From positions 112,565 through 176,564 of the forward strand of contig CAYWPU010000001.1 in the NCBI GenBank assembly GCA_964460805.1: a stretch of 64,000 nucleotides of DNA. Reading direction: 5' to 3'. Shown piece after piece: positions 1 through 8,801 of this stretch (positions are counted from its first letter, which is position 1; each line of letters begins with the position of its first letter). The notes below the pieces were generated by a model that was given only the letters and a program-made list of their open reading frames with translations, had not been told where the DNA came from and ran no database searches. The translations under genes were made by a program, and so were the position numbers. The stretch is from an uncultured Candidatus Saccharibacteria bacterium (lineage in GTDB: Bacteria > Patescibacteriota > Minisyncoccia > Phycocordibacterales > JACOZG01).

Positions 1-841
1 GCCAATCAATGTGGGTGATAGCACTCAGAACAAGTCCGGCCGCCTGGGTCTGGGTGCGCTCTCTGTCTTTGGCGATCTCTTGATCCCCTCTGGCGCCAAC
101 GCCGGTTATGTGTTGACTTCTGACTCGGCAGGGAAGGCTACTTGGGAGCCTCTGGGTACAATCCCCAGCGGAGGGGGAGGGCCCGGTCCAGCTGGCCCGA
201 GTGGCGATTCCCTCTGGCGCAAGATGACAGCGGCGACGGGCAATTTTCTCACTCCCATCACCCAGAGTGACCACCTTGGCCTCTGGCCGCAGACTAACAT
301 TGGTTCGGGTAAGAACTATGGTTGCTCCGGCTGTAACTCTACCAATAATATCCAGCTCTATAATTCCGGCGGCCATATGAACTTCTCTGTTGGTAGCGCG
401 GCCAATAAATTTATCTTTAGCGGCGGGCCGGTGCAGATCACGGCTGGCAACCCGGGCGCGGGGAAAGTTCTCACTTCCGATGCCAGTGGCAATGCCAGCT
501 GGCAAGCACCAGCCAGCACTGGCGGCAGTGGCCCCAGCACGCCTCCTCCCAGCTCTGGCGATAGCTTCCCCGCGGGCACGGTGGTGATGACGATGAACTC
601 TACCTGTCCCAGTGGCTGGTCTCTCCGGCAAGACTTTGGCCGGCGCTTCCTGATCGGCGCGGACTCGGCTCACCAGCCCGGCACGCTGACTGGTGTGCCA
701 CGCTCAGGACCAAATTATTCCTATACTCAGGAGGCCCAAGGCTTACCTCTCGCCGGACAGATTGGTGGTGCTGGTGGTGTGGGCTTAGCTCATAGCCACG
801 AGGTGCCTTCTATCTCTGTTAACTTCTGCCAAAAGCAATAA
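1..841 (+). CDS. Phage tail-collar-domain (tail-fibre-like) protein, 5'-truncated at the window edge. The real 5' end lies outside the window; the track's first codon is GTG at 11. Two ~20-aa repeats (GYVLTSDSAGKATWEP and GKVLTSDASGNASWQAP) precede the C-terminal collar domain.
   Basis: C-terminal stretch PAGTVVMTMNSTCPSGWSLRQDFGRRFLIGA...GLAHSHEV fits the tail-collar (PF07484-like) pattern P-GW-C-G...RF..G...H-H. The reading frame is open to position 2. Homology judged by eye, no search run. Confidence 0.5.
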   Translation, partial: PINVGDSTQNKSGRLGLGALSVFGDLLIPSGANAGYVLTSDSAGKATWEPLGTIPSGGGGPGPAGPSGDSLWRKMTAATGNFLTPITQSDHLGLWPQTNIGSGKNYGCSGCNSTNNIQLYNSGGHMNFSVGSAANKFIFSGGPVQITAGNPGAGKVLTSDASGNASWQAPASTGGSGPSTPPPSSGDSFPAGTVVMTMNSTCPSGWSLRQDFGRRFLIGADSAHQPGTLTGVPRSGPNYSYTQEAQGLPLAGQIGGAGGVGLAHSHEVPSISVNFCQKQ

Positions 842-865
842 CTTAGCTTAAGTTTTATCCTCTAC

Positions 866-905
866 AAAAAACTCTGTGAGTAAAACACAGAGTTTTTTGT
901 TTTTG
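866..905 (+). terminator. Rho-independent terminator: hairpin ACTCTGTG-agtaaaa-CACAGAGT followed by a T-run
   Basis: Perfect 8-bp stem followed by TTTTTTGTTTTTG, directly after the stop at 841. Confidence 0.7.
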
Positions 906-913
906 TTTGCCAT

Positions 914-982
914 TCCCGTTAGAAGTTTTGCAAGTTATCTTCGCGCGTTGTGATAGACCACTTACTTCTAACGGGATATAAT
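914..982 (+). promoter_or_regulatory. pilB promoter region: 12-bp inverted repeat TCCCGTTAGAAG (914-925) / CTTCTAACGGGA (965-976), spacer 39 nt, abutting a TATAAT -10 at 977-982
   Basis: Arms are exact reverse complements. TATAAT lies 7 nt before the pilB ATG (989), implying a leaderless or near-leaderless mRNA. The same repeat recurs at 52368-52398. Confidence 0.5.
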
Positions 983-988
983 TCAATT

Positions 989-2743
989 ATGTGGATTGAT
1001 CCGGAACAATTACAGAATTTTCTCGTTGATGCTGGTTTGCTCAGCAAGCAGGATCTGCCAGCACTCACCGAGCAGGTCACAGCAAGCGGTAAGAGCTTTG
1101 AGGAAGTAGTGCTCGCTGGCGGCAAGATTAGTGAGGATGATCTCCGCCGTGCCAAAGCTTATATTCTCGGCGTGCCGTTTGTAGACCTCAAGAAAGATAA
1201 GATAGACAGGGAAGTGCTGGGACTAATTCCGGAACCAATCGCGCGCAAGCACAATATTGTGGCCATCAAGCGTCATGGTGATGAGGCGCTGGAGGTGGCG
1301 ATGCTTGATCCGGATGATCTGGAAGCAATTGGTTTTATTAAGAAAGGCTCTGGTCTCAAGATCTGGCCGCGGCTCACCGATGCCGCTTCTATCAAGTCGG
1401 CTCTACTCCAGTATCAGAAGAGTTTAAAAGCGGAATTTGGCGACTTGATTGGCAGTGAGGCGACTAAATTGAAGACGCTGAGCGATGAGGAAGCGGCTGA
1501 GATTGGCGAAGGTGAGCTCAAGAAGATGGCCGAAGACTTGCCGGTGATCCGGATTGTGGACGCGCTTTTGTCTCACGCGGTCACTCAGCAAGCCTCGGAT
1601 ATTCACATTGAGAATTTTGAGAAAGAGGTGATCGTGCGCTATCGGATAGACGGCCTGCTCCACGATGCAATGGTCTTGCCCAAGAACGCGGGCCCGGGCA
1701 TTGTGGCGAGGATCAAAGTGCTCGCTAACTTGAGGCTGGATGAGAAGCGCTTGCCGCAAGATGGCAGATTTAAGATTGAACTGAGCGGCATGGGCATCTC
1801 GTTCCGTGTCTCTATCTTGCCTACTTATTTTGGCGAGAAGATTGTGATGCGCTTGTTGCCAGATACTAGCCGCGGGCTGACGCTAGAGCAAGGCGGCTTC
1901 CATGGCCAAGCTCTGGAGAGGATACAAGAGGCGACTAATCAGACGACTGGCATGATCTTGGTTACCGGTCCCACTGGCTCGGGCAAGAGCACGACGCTCT
2001 ATACGGTGTTAGAAATCTTGAACAAGCCGGACGTGAATATCTCTACTATAGAAGATCCAATTGAGTACCAGATGCCGCGGGTCAACCAGACGCAGGTCAA
2101 GCCGGAGATCGGTCTCACTTTTGGCTCTGGTCTCCGGGCTCTGGTCCGCCAAGATCCGGATATTATCATGGTGGGTGAGATCAGAGATAAGGAGACAGCC
2201 GGCTTGGCAATCAATGCCGCGCTCACTGGTCATCTCGTCTTATCCACCCTCCACACTAATAGTGCCGCTGGCGCGATCCCCAGATTGCTAGACATGGGCG
2301 CAGAGCCGTTCTTGCTTGTTTCTACTATCAATATTATTGTGGCGCAGAGACTGGTGCGGCGACTGGAGACAGGAAAAGAGAAGTATTTGCTCAGCGCGGC
2401 GGAACTCAAGAAGTTGGGTCAGCATGTTGACCTAGACCGCATTCTCAAATTATTGAAAGAGGAAAAGATTGTGGCGCCAGGTGCGGATTGGAAAAATATC
2501 TCGTTCTACAAGCCCAAGCCCAGTGCCGAGAGCGCGGACGGCTACAAGGGCCGCATTGGCATCCACGAGGTGCTCAAGATGAGTCCGGCGATTAAAGAAC
2601 TGGTGATGAAGGGCGCGACAACAGCGCAGATTGAGGAGCAGGCCAAGCAGGAGGGGATGGCCACCATGCTGGAGGACGGCATCTTCCAGGCCGTGCAGGG
2701 GACGACGACGATTGAGGAGGTACTGAGAGTGGTGAGCGAATAG
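989..2743 (+). CDS. pilB: Type IV pilus assembly ATPase PilB (GspE/PulE family). The track ORF starts at a GTG at 950; ATG 989 is preferred because of the -10 box at 977-982.
   Basis: Walker A GPTGSGKST. GspE N-terminal domain and family-typical RIDGLL and RLPQDGRF motifs. Confidence 0.85.
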   Translation: MWIDPEQLQNFLVDAGLLSKQDLPALTEQVTASGKSFEEVVLAGGKISEDDLRRAKAYILGVPFVDLKKDKIDREVLGLIPEPIARKHNIVAIKRHGDEALEVAMLDPDDLEAIGFIKKGSGLKIWPRLTDAASIKSALLQYQKSLKAEFGDLIGSEATKLKTLSDEEAAEIGEGELKKMAEDLPVIRIVDALLSHAVTQQASDIHIENFEKEVIVRYRIDGLLHDAMVLPKNAGPGIVARIKVLANLRLDEKRLPQDGRFKIELSGMGISFRVSILPTYFGEKIVMRLLPDTSRGLTLEQGGFHGQALERIQEATNQTTGMILVTGPTGSGKSTTLYTVLEILNKPDVNISTIEDPIEYQMPRVNQTQVKPEIGLTFGSGLRALVRQDPDIIMVGEIRDKETAGLAINAALTGHLVLSTLHTNSAAGAIPRLLDMGAEPFLLVSTINIIVAQRLVRRLETGKEKYLLSAAELKKLGQHVDLDRILKLLKEEKIVAPGADWKNISFYKPKPSAESADGYKGRIGIHEVLKMSPAIKELVMKGATTAQIEEQAKQEGMATMLEDGIFQAVQGTTTIEEVLRVVSE

Positions 2744-2926
2744 TTGTGTTCTAATTACGGCTAACTAGAGCCGTATTCTGGCGTGTCAAGCTTGACGAGT
2801 GTGTTGTATTGCAGGAAACGCTTGACAAGTATAGCCAGTTTGGTGTACACTGTAGAGAGTAAATAACTGCAGTTGGGATGGTCTCAACTCGCAAAACAGA
2901 ACCTTGATTTGTGAAAGGATGAAGAG

Positions 2927-3313
2927 ATGAGCGCAAATACGGCCCCTATTACTTTTGGCAAGATTACACTCGGTTCTTTGATTGGGTGTTTGCTGGCGGC
3001 CTCCGCGTCTTTCGCCGTTGTTGGGTTTGTGTTGGATCATGTTCGGTCCGCAGATGCCAAGACTGCAGACGCCAAGAGCGCCGAGGTGGCGAGTCCAAGC
3101 ATCTGGACTGTTTCCGGTCCCTTTGAGGCTCGCGGCGAACGAGGTGTGGCAGATTATTTTCTTCTGGAACATCCCACTCTCGGTCGCCGGCAGGTGAGGT
3201 GTGAAGAGATTGTGACTACCCCAGGAGGCGAGGTTCCTCACGCTGTGGAGGTCATAGGAAGCAAAGATTGGTACGAAGCTTCCTATTGGCCAGTGTTGTG
3301 GAAGAAAAAGTAG
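2927..3313 (+). CDS. Hypothetical membrane-anchored protein (single N-terminal TM) between pilB and pilC
   Basis: ORF with N-terminal hydrophobic segment LGSLIGCLLAASASFAVVGFVL and plausible RBS (aaggatgaagag). No recognisable family. Confidence 0.4.
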   Translation: MSANTAPITFGKITLGSLIGCLLAASASFAVVGFVLDHVRSADAKTADAKSAEVASPSIWTVSGPFEARGERGVADYFLLEHPTLGRRQVRCEEIVTTPGGEVPHAVEVIGSKDWYEASYWPVLWKKK

Positions 3314-3425
3314 TCGGTTGTCCAATTCAGTGATCACCGCCCCATGTTGCAAGACATGTGGGCGGTTTCTTTTTGCTCAAAAAATTTTATTTTCTGTTAG
3401 AATTAAGGGAGCATTTTCTAACAAG

Positions 3426-4640
3426 ATGAAATATTCTTATAAAGCGGCACGGGCGGATGGCACAGTGGCAAGCGGCGAGCGCGAGGCGCCGGATCGTTAT
3501 GCGCTGGCGCGGGAACTGCGCGGCGAGGGGCTGACGGTTACGCAGGTCAAACTGCTGGATGAATTGGGGGAGAAGCATCGGCTCCACTTCCAGAACCCGT
3601 TTGGCAAAGTGAGGGTGAAAGATAAAATTGTTTTTGCTTCTTCACTCTCGGCAATGATTGGTGCGGGCCTCTCACTCTCGCGGGCGCTCTCGGTGCTGGA
3701 GCGCCAGGTGGCGAATCAGAAGTTTAAGCAGATCATCGCCGGCTTGAGCCAGAGAGTGAACGGCGGCGAGCCGCTCAGCGCGGCCATGGCTTCTTATCCA
3801 GAGACTTTTCCACCCGTCTTCATTGCCATGGTGGGCGCGGGGGAGGAGAGCGGCAAACTGGCCGACTCGCTGGAGATTGTCCGCGCGCAACTCCAGAAGA
3901 GTTATGAACTGAGGCGCAAGGTGAAAGGCGCGATGATTTATCCGGCGATCATTGTGGTGGTGATTATTGCGATTGGTATCCTGATGATGATCTTCCTCGT
4001 CCCCAATCTCACCTCGCTCTTCCGCGATCTGGAGGTAGAGTTGCCAGTTTCTACGCAGATCGTGATTGCTGTGAGCGACTTCCTCACCAATCACACGCTC
4101 AGCTTTTTGGCTGGCTTAATAATTGCGCTGGGCGGACTCTGGCGCTTGGCGCGCACCACCAGCGGCCGCCTGCTCCTCACCAGGCTCTGGCTGCACCTGC
4201 CCGCGATCAAGAATATTATCAAGAATCTCAATTCTGCGATCACCATGCGCACGCTCTCTTCGCTCGTCTCCTCCGGTGTGAGCATGCTGGAGGCGTTGGC
4301 GATCACCGGCAAAGTGCTCCAGAATCCGTTTTATCAAGAGGTGATGGCCCAGGCAGTTATCTCTGTGGGCAAGGGCGCGCCGCTCTCGGGCTCGTTTAAG
4401 GATCGTGGAGATCTCTACCCGGTGCTGGTGGGCGAGATGACGGAGGTGGGCGAGGAGACCGGCAACTTGCCCGGCATGCTCTTAAAGGGCGCCACTTTTT
4501 TTGAAGATGAGGTGGAACAGGCTACCAAGAATCTCTCCACCATCATTGAGCCGGCACTGATGGTGCTGATCGGCGCGGCTGTGGGCTTCTTTGCCGTCTC
4601 CATGCTTGGGCCGATGTACTCACTAAGCGATGCGATTTAA
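3426..4640 (+). CDS. pilC: Type IV pilus inner-membrane platform protein PilC (GspF family)
   Basis: Two GspF-like repeats with conserved G(E/A)ESG segments and three TM blocks. About 404 aa from ATG 3426 (MKYSYK); the track ORF is extended upstream to 3318. Confidence 0.8.
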   Translation: MKYSYKAARADGTVASGEREAPDRYALARELRGEGLTVTQVKLLDELGEKHRLHFQNPFGKVRVKDKIVFASSLSAMIGAGLSLSRALSVLERQVANQKFKQIIAGLSQRVNGGEPLSAAMASYPETFPPVFIAMVGAGEESGKLADSLEIVRAQLQKSYELRRKVKGAMIYPAIIVVVIIAIGILMMIFLVPNLTSLFRDLEVELPVSTQIVIAVSDFLTNHTLSFLAGLIIALGGLWRLARTTSGRLLLTRLWLHLPAIKNIIKNLNSAITMRTLSSLVSSGVSMLEALAITGKVLQNPFYQEVMAQAVISVGKGAPLSGSFKDRGDLYPVLVGEMTEVGEETGNLPGMLLKGATFFEDEVEQATKNLSTIIEPALMVLIGAAVGFFAVSMLGPMYSLSDAI

Positions 4641-4644
4641 TTTC

Positions 4645-5103
4645 ATGAAGCAATCAGGCTTTAGTCTAATAGAAATAGTTATAGTGTTGGGCATCTTAGT
4701 GCTGATCAGCGCTTTTCTCGTCTCACCATTCGCCAATTTCCGCAATACTCAGATCTTGCAAGTTAGCGTGGAAGACGTGCTCTCAACGCTCAATAAAGCG
4801 CGCACTCAGACGCTGGCCGGCCACGGCGACTCGGCCTATAGCGTGCGTTTAGAGACCAATCGCGTTGTGCTCTTCCCCGGAGAGACTTATAGCGCTAACG
4901 ATCCCAATAATCAGGTTGTTAATCTGCACTCGCTGGTGAATATCAGCAATATCAGTTTATCTGGCGGTGGCAGTAGCGTAGTCTTCCGCCGACTCACAGG
5001 CGCCACCACCAAGACGGGTACAATCACACTGAGCCTAGCCAGTGACTCTAGTGTAAATAAAGTCATCACTATCCCCGCTACTGGCATCGCTTGGTCAAAC
5101 TAA
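4645..5103 (+). CDS. Prepilin-type N-terminal cleavage/methylation domain protein (type IV pilin or pseudopilin)
   Basis: Leader MKQSG followed by FSLIEIVIVLGILVLI, matching the G|FxLIE class III signal. Confidence 0.7.
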   Translation: MKQSGFSLIEIVIVLGILVLISAFLVSPFANFRNTQILQVSVEDVLSTLNKARTQTLAGHGDSAYSVRLETNRVVLFPGETYSANDPNNQVVNLHSLVNISNISLSGGGSSVVFRRLTGATTKTGTITLSLASDSSVNKVITIPATGIAWSN

Positions 5104-5125
5104 TTTTGCTAAAATTATCCTCAAG

Positions 5126-5596
5126 ATGTCACAGCGCGGCTTTGGCCTACTGGAGATAGTGATTGGCACCAGCATTATTTTTGTTTTTTTCTTTGCTCTC
5201 ATGGGTGCGCTAACTTCCGGCATCCGTCTCAACGAGCGTAACTTGCGCGCCACCCGGGCCTCTTTTCTCCTCACCGAGGGAGTAGAAGCGGCTAAGATGC
5301 TCCGTGCCAGCGGCTGGAGTGCCAATATCGCATCGCTCAATAGCAATACCGCTTATTCCCTAGAGTGGACTGGCACGGCTTGGCGTCCAACCACCACCAT
5401 CGCCTTAGTAGATAACCGCTACGAGCGTCGTCTCCACTTCCACTCTGCCTATCGTGACGGCAGTCAGGATCTTGCCAGCTCTGGCACCATAGACCCAGGC
5501 ACGCGGAGACTGGTGGTGAGTGTCTCTTGGCTAGAGAATAATGCGACTACCACAGCCACGACCACTACTTATCTCACTAATTTGTTCAATAACTAG
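5126..5596 (+). CDS. Prepilin-type N-terminal cleavage/methylation domain protein (minor pilin-like)
   Basis: Leader MSQRG followed by FGLLEIVIGTSIIFV. Confidence 0.65.
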   Translation: MSQRGFGLLEIVIGTSIIFVFFFALMGALTSGIRLNERNLRATRASFLLTEGVEAAKMLRASGWSANIASLNSNTAYSLEWTGTAWRPTTTIALVDNRYERRLHFHSAYRDGSQDLASSGTIDPGTRRLVVSVSWLENNATTTATTTTYLTNLFNN

Positions 5597-5598
5597 CC

Positions 5599-6120
5599 AT
5601 GACATCTCGCTCCACACACAAGCGCGCCGGTTACACCCTCATTGAGATGATTATCTATGTGGCCGTCTTGAGCTTGCTGGCTTCTGTATTGTTCGCCAGC
5701 ATCATCATGGTGATCCAGTCTTTTGCCCGTGTCCGTGCCGTGCGCGACCTGGCCGAGAGTGGCCGCGGCGCGCTGGAGCGGGTTACTTACGAGATCCGCC
5801 GCGCTAGCGCTATCAATGATGCTGGTAGCGTGTTTAATAATCCAGCCGGCCAGCTCCAGCTGGCCACCACCAATGATGCTGGCGAGGCAACGACTATTAC
5901 GTTTGGCCTCAGCGCCGGCAATCTCACTTTGCAAGAGGGCGTGAGCGCTCCGGTCAACTTGCTCTCTGGGCACATCTCAGTGAGTAGCTTCACTCTTGCC
6001 AAGTGGGCCACCAGCACCGCTGGCGCGGTAAAAGTGGAATTAGCTCTGAGTGATGACCGCTTGGCCGGTGCTACGCCGGTGATGTTCCGTACTACCGCGG
6101 TCTCGCGCGGCAGTTACTGA
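5599..6120 (+). CDS. Prepilin-type N-terminal cleavage/methylation domain protein (minor pilin-like)
   Basis: Leader MTSRSTHKRAG followed by YTLIEMIIYVAVLSLL. Confidence 0.65.
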   Translation: MTSRSTHKRAGYTLIEMIIYVAVLSLLASVLFASIIMVIQSFARVRAVRDLAESGRGALERVTYEIRRASAINDAGSVFNNPAGQLQLATTNDAGEATTITFGLSAGNLTLQEGVSAPVNLLSGHISVSSFTLAKWATSTAGAVKVELALSDDRLAGATPVMFRTTAVSRGSY

Positions 6121-6130
6121 TTAATATTTT

Positions 6131-8029
6131 ATGACTAAAACTAGAACTCAATCTGGTCAAACACTCTTAATGATAGTGATGCTCTTTATGCTCGCCTCGC
6201 TGGGCGTGGTTACTGGTCTGGTGGGGCCGGTGGTCCGGGCGAGCCAGAATAGCGCGGAGTTGCTCACTGCCAATCGCAACTATTACGCGGTGGAAGCGGG
6301 GACAGAAGATGTGCTCTACCGTTTGCTCTCCGGTAAAACAGTTTCTAATACAGAGAATCTGACAATTGATAATACTACTGTCGTGACAACTATCACAGAT
6401 AGCTTAGGGGGCAAGACAGTGAACACTGTTGGCAGTAATAATAATACCGTCCGCAAGGTAGAGGCGCGGGTGAGCACTGGTGAGGGTGTAGCTTTCACTT
6501 ATGCTATGCAGGCTGGCAATGGCGGCTTTGATATCAGCGGCGGCTCAACGATCAATGGCAATGTCTATGCCAACGGCAATATCACTGGCAATAGCGGCAC
6601 AATTACCGGCCACGCCACTGCGGCTAATAGCGCGCCCTTGGTGGCCGACCAGGCCAATGCTAGCCCTGCCACGCCCAGCAATAATTTAATTTTTGGTAAT
6701 AGCTCCGGCACGCAAGACTTGGCGCAGAGCTTCCAGGTCGCCAACACCGCGCCGCTGAACAAGGTGCGATTCTATCTCCAGCGCACGGCCACTGCTCCGG
6801 GCAATCTCACTATCCGTTTAGTATCTGATAATAACGGCTCGCCAGCTAGCAACACCGTTGATTCTGTCACGCTGGTAGCGAGCTCCGTACCCACAGCCTA
6901 TGGCTGGGTTGAAGTGAGCTTCAGTGGCTATGTCCAGTTGGAAGCGGGGACCACTTATTGGCTGGTGCTAGATGGCGGCAATAACTCCACCCGGTACTAC
7001 ACCATTGGCGCTAATAATACTTACGCTAGCGGCGTGGCCAAGACTGGCCAGTTCAATGGCAGTTGGGGCAACACCTCGCCCTCAGGCTTGGATGCTTATT
7101 TTGAAGTCTATACCGGCGGACTAACTTCTCAGATCTTTGGCACCGGCGGCTCGCAGTGGTATCAGCCGCTGGCGGTCAATGGCGATAGCTGGGCGCACAC
7201 CGTTTCTCAGACTAACACTAGCGGCACTATCTATTGCCAGGTTGGTATCTATAACGCTGGCGGCAAGACTTGCAATACTTCTCGCCCCGATCCCACGCCG
7301 CAAGGCTTCACAATCGGCGATAATCAGATCCAGGGCTGGAAAGATGACGTGACCAGTGCGCTCACTGGCGGCTGGACTTATTACGGCAATCTCACAATTG
7401 GCTGGCAGGGGACCACCACCACGGCCTTGCGCCGAGTGGAGGGCAACTTAACGGTGAACGGCGGCGGCGTAGCCGACTTGGGCGCTCTGGAGGTGACAGG
7501 CAATGTAACAGTCAGCGGCGGCGGCAGGCTCAAGGCCGGGCCGCTCAAGGTGGGTGGCGCGCTTAACGTGGGCTCTAATGGCTTTACTATTGAGGACACC
7601 GTCTGGGTGGTAGGCAATATTGTGGTGAGTAGCGGTGCTTCCATCAGCTTAGATTCCAGCTATGGCTCGGATAGCGGCGTTGTGGTCTCTGACGGACGCC
7701 TAGACTTGACCGGTGGCGGCGTCTTCTCCGGATCTGGTACTACCGGCAGTTATCCAATTGTGGTTACTACTAGCCGTTGCCCGGCGGATGCCTCTTGCTC
7801 AGGCGCTAACGCCATCACCCAGAGCGGCGGCTCGGGTGCGGTTGTGCTAGTGGCTCCTTATGGTACGCTTAGCGCCAGTGGCGGCACCAGCGCCAGGGCG
7901 ATGACAGCCTACAAGGTGATGATCAGCGGCGGTGGTTCGGTCACTTATGATTCCGGCTTGGCTGATATCAGTCTCTCTAGCGGCCCCTCTGGCGGATTTA
8001 ATATTGAAAGTTGGAAAGAAGTAGAATAA
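6131..8029 (+). CDS. Large pilus-operon protein with N-terminal TM/pilin-like anchor (SGQTLLMIVMLFML) and a Gly/Thr/Asn-rich beta-helix-like body. Putative pilus tip, adhesin or giant minor pilin.
   Basis: 632-aa ORF immediately after the three prepilin genes. Repetitive NGN(V/I)xxNGNITGNSG segments. No catalytic motifs. Confidence 0.4.
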   Translation: MTKTRTQSGQTLLMIVMLFMLASLGVVTGLVGPVVRASQNSAELLTANRNYYAVEAGTEDVLYRLLSGKTVSNTENLTIDNTTVVTTITDSLGGKTVNTVGSNNNTVRKVEARVSTGEGVAFTYAMQAGNGGFDISGGSTINGNVYANGNITGNSGTITGHATAANSAPLVADQANASPATPSNNLIFGNSSGTQDLAQSFQVANTAPLNKVRFYLQRTATAPGNLTIRLVSDNNGSPASNTVDSVTLVASSVPTAYGWVEVSFSGYVQLEAGTTYWLVLDGGNNSTRYYTIGANNTYASGVAKTGQFNGSWGNTSPSGLDAYFEVYTGGLTSQIFGTGGSQWYQPLAVNGDSWAHTVSQTNTSGTIYCQVGIYNAGGKTCNTSRPDPTPQGFTIGDNQIQGWKDDVTSALTGGWTYYGNLTIGWQGTTTTALRRVEGNLTVNGGGVADLGALEVTGNVTVSGGGRLKAGPLKVGGALNVGSNGFTIEDTVWVVGNIVVSSGASISLDSSYGSDSGVVVSDGRLDLTGGGVFSGSGTTGSYPIVVTTSRCPADASCSGANAITQSGGSGAVVLVAPYGTLSASGGTSARAMTAYKVMISGGGSVTYDSGLADISLSSGPSGGFNIESWKEVE

Positions 8030-8030
8030 T

Positions 8031-8801
8031 TTGATGAAGAAAATCATTGTCGCCAACTGGAAGCTTAATCCCGATTCGCCTCGCGAGGCGCGGGAGTTAT
8101 TCTTGAAGATTAAACGCACGGTATCTAAGCTGAAGCGCGTAGAGACTATAATTTGCCCGCCGGCTATTTTTCTGCCTGGTCTGGAGAAGGCGCGAGGGGC
8201 GGCCAAGAACTTGGCACTGGGCGGACAGGACGCCTTCCCGGCCCTAGACGGCGCTTGGACGGGGCAAATTAGTCCGGCGATGATCCGGAAGAGCGGTGCG
8301 CGTTACTTGATCTTGGGTCACTCCGAGAAGCGCGCGCTTGGTGAGAGTAACGAAGTGGTTAACCAAAAGCTTAAGCTCGCTCTGGCCCAGGGTCTAAAAG
8401 TAATCTTGTGCGTGGGTGAGCAGACTCGGGACGCGCAGGGGCATTATTTGCAGACGATCAAAACGCAATTATTAACAGCATTAGAGAAGGTGCCACGGAA
8501 GCTCGGCTCGCAGATCATCATTGCCTACGAGCCAGTCTGGGCGATTGGTGATGCGGCAAAATTTGCAGACACTCCAGCGGGTTTCCTAGAACAAGCAATC
8601 TATATCAGGAAAATCTTGAGTATTTGGATTGAACAAAAAGCGGCGATGCAGGTGCCGGTGCTCTACGGCGGCTCGGTGGATGCCAAGAACGCGCTCGGCT
8701 TCCTTGCTGATGGACAAGCGGACGGCTTGCTGGTGGGTCGTTCTTCGCTCCGGGCTGATATCTTTGGCGAGATTTTAAAATTAGCTGATGCGCTGGCTTA
8801 G
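8031..8801 (+). CDS. tpiA: Triose-phosphate isomerase
   Basis: VANWKLN, ILGHSEKRA, CVGEQ, IAYEPVWAIG and YGGSV motifs. Confidence 0.9.
   Translation: MMKKIIVANWKLNPDSPREARELFLKIKRTVSKLKRVETIICPPAIFLPGLEKARGAAKNLALGGQDAFPALDGAWTGQISPAMIRKSGARYLILGHSEKRALGESNEVVNQKLKLALAQGLKVILCVGEQTRDAQGHYLQTIKTQLLTALEKVPRKLGSQIIIAYEPVWAIGDAAKFADTPAGFLEQAIYIRKILSIWIEQKAAMQVPVLYGGSVDAKNALGFLADGQADGLLVGRSSLRADIFGEILKLADALA

Noticed and set aside
950-988. N-terminal extension of pilB from GTG 950 (MIDHLLLTGYNSIMW...)
   Set aside because: A TATAAT box at 977-982 and the inverted repeat lie inside this stretch. ATG 989 is the more plausible, leaderless start.
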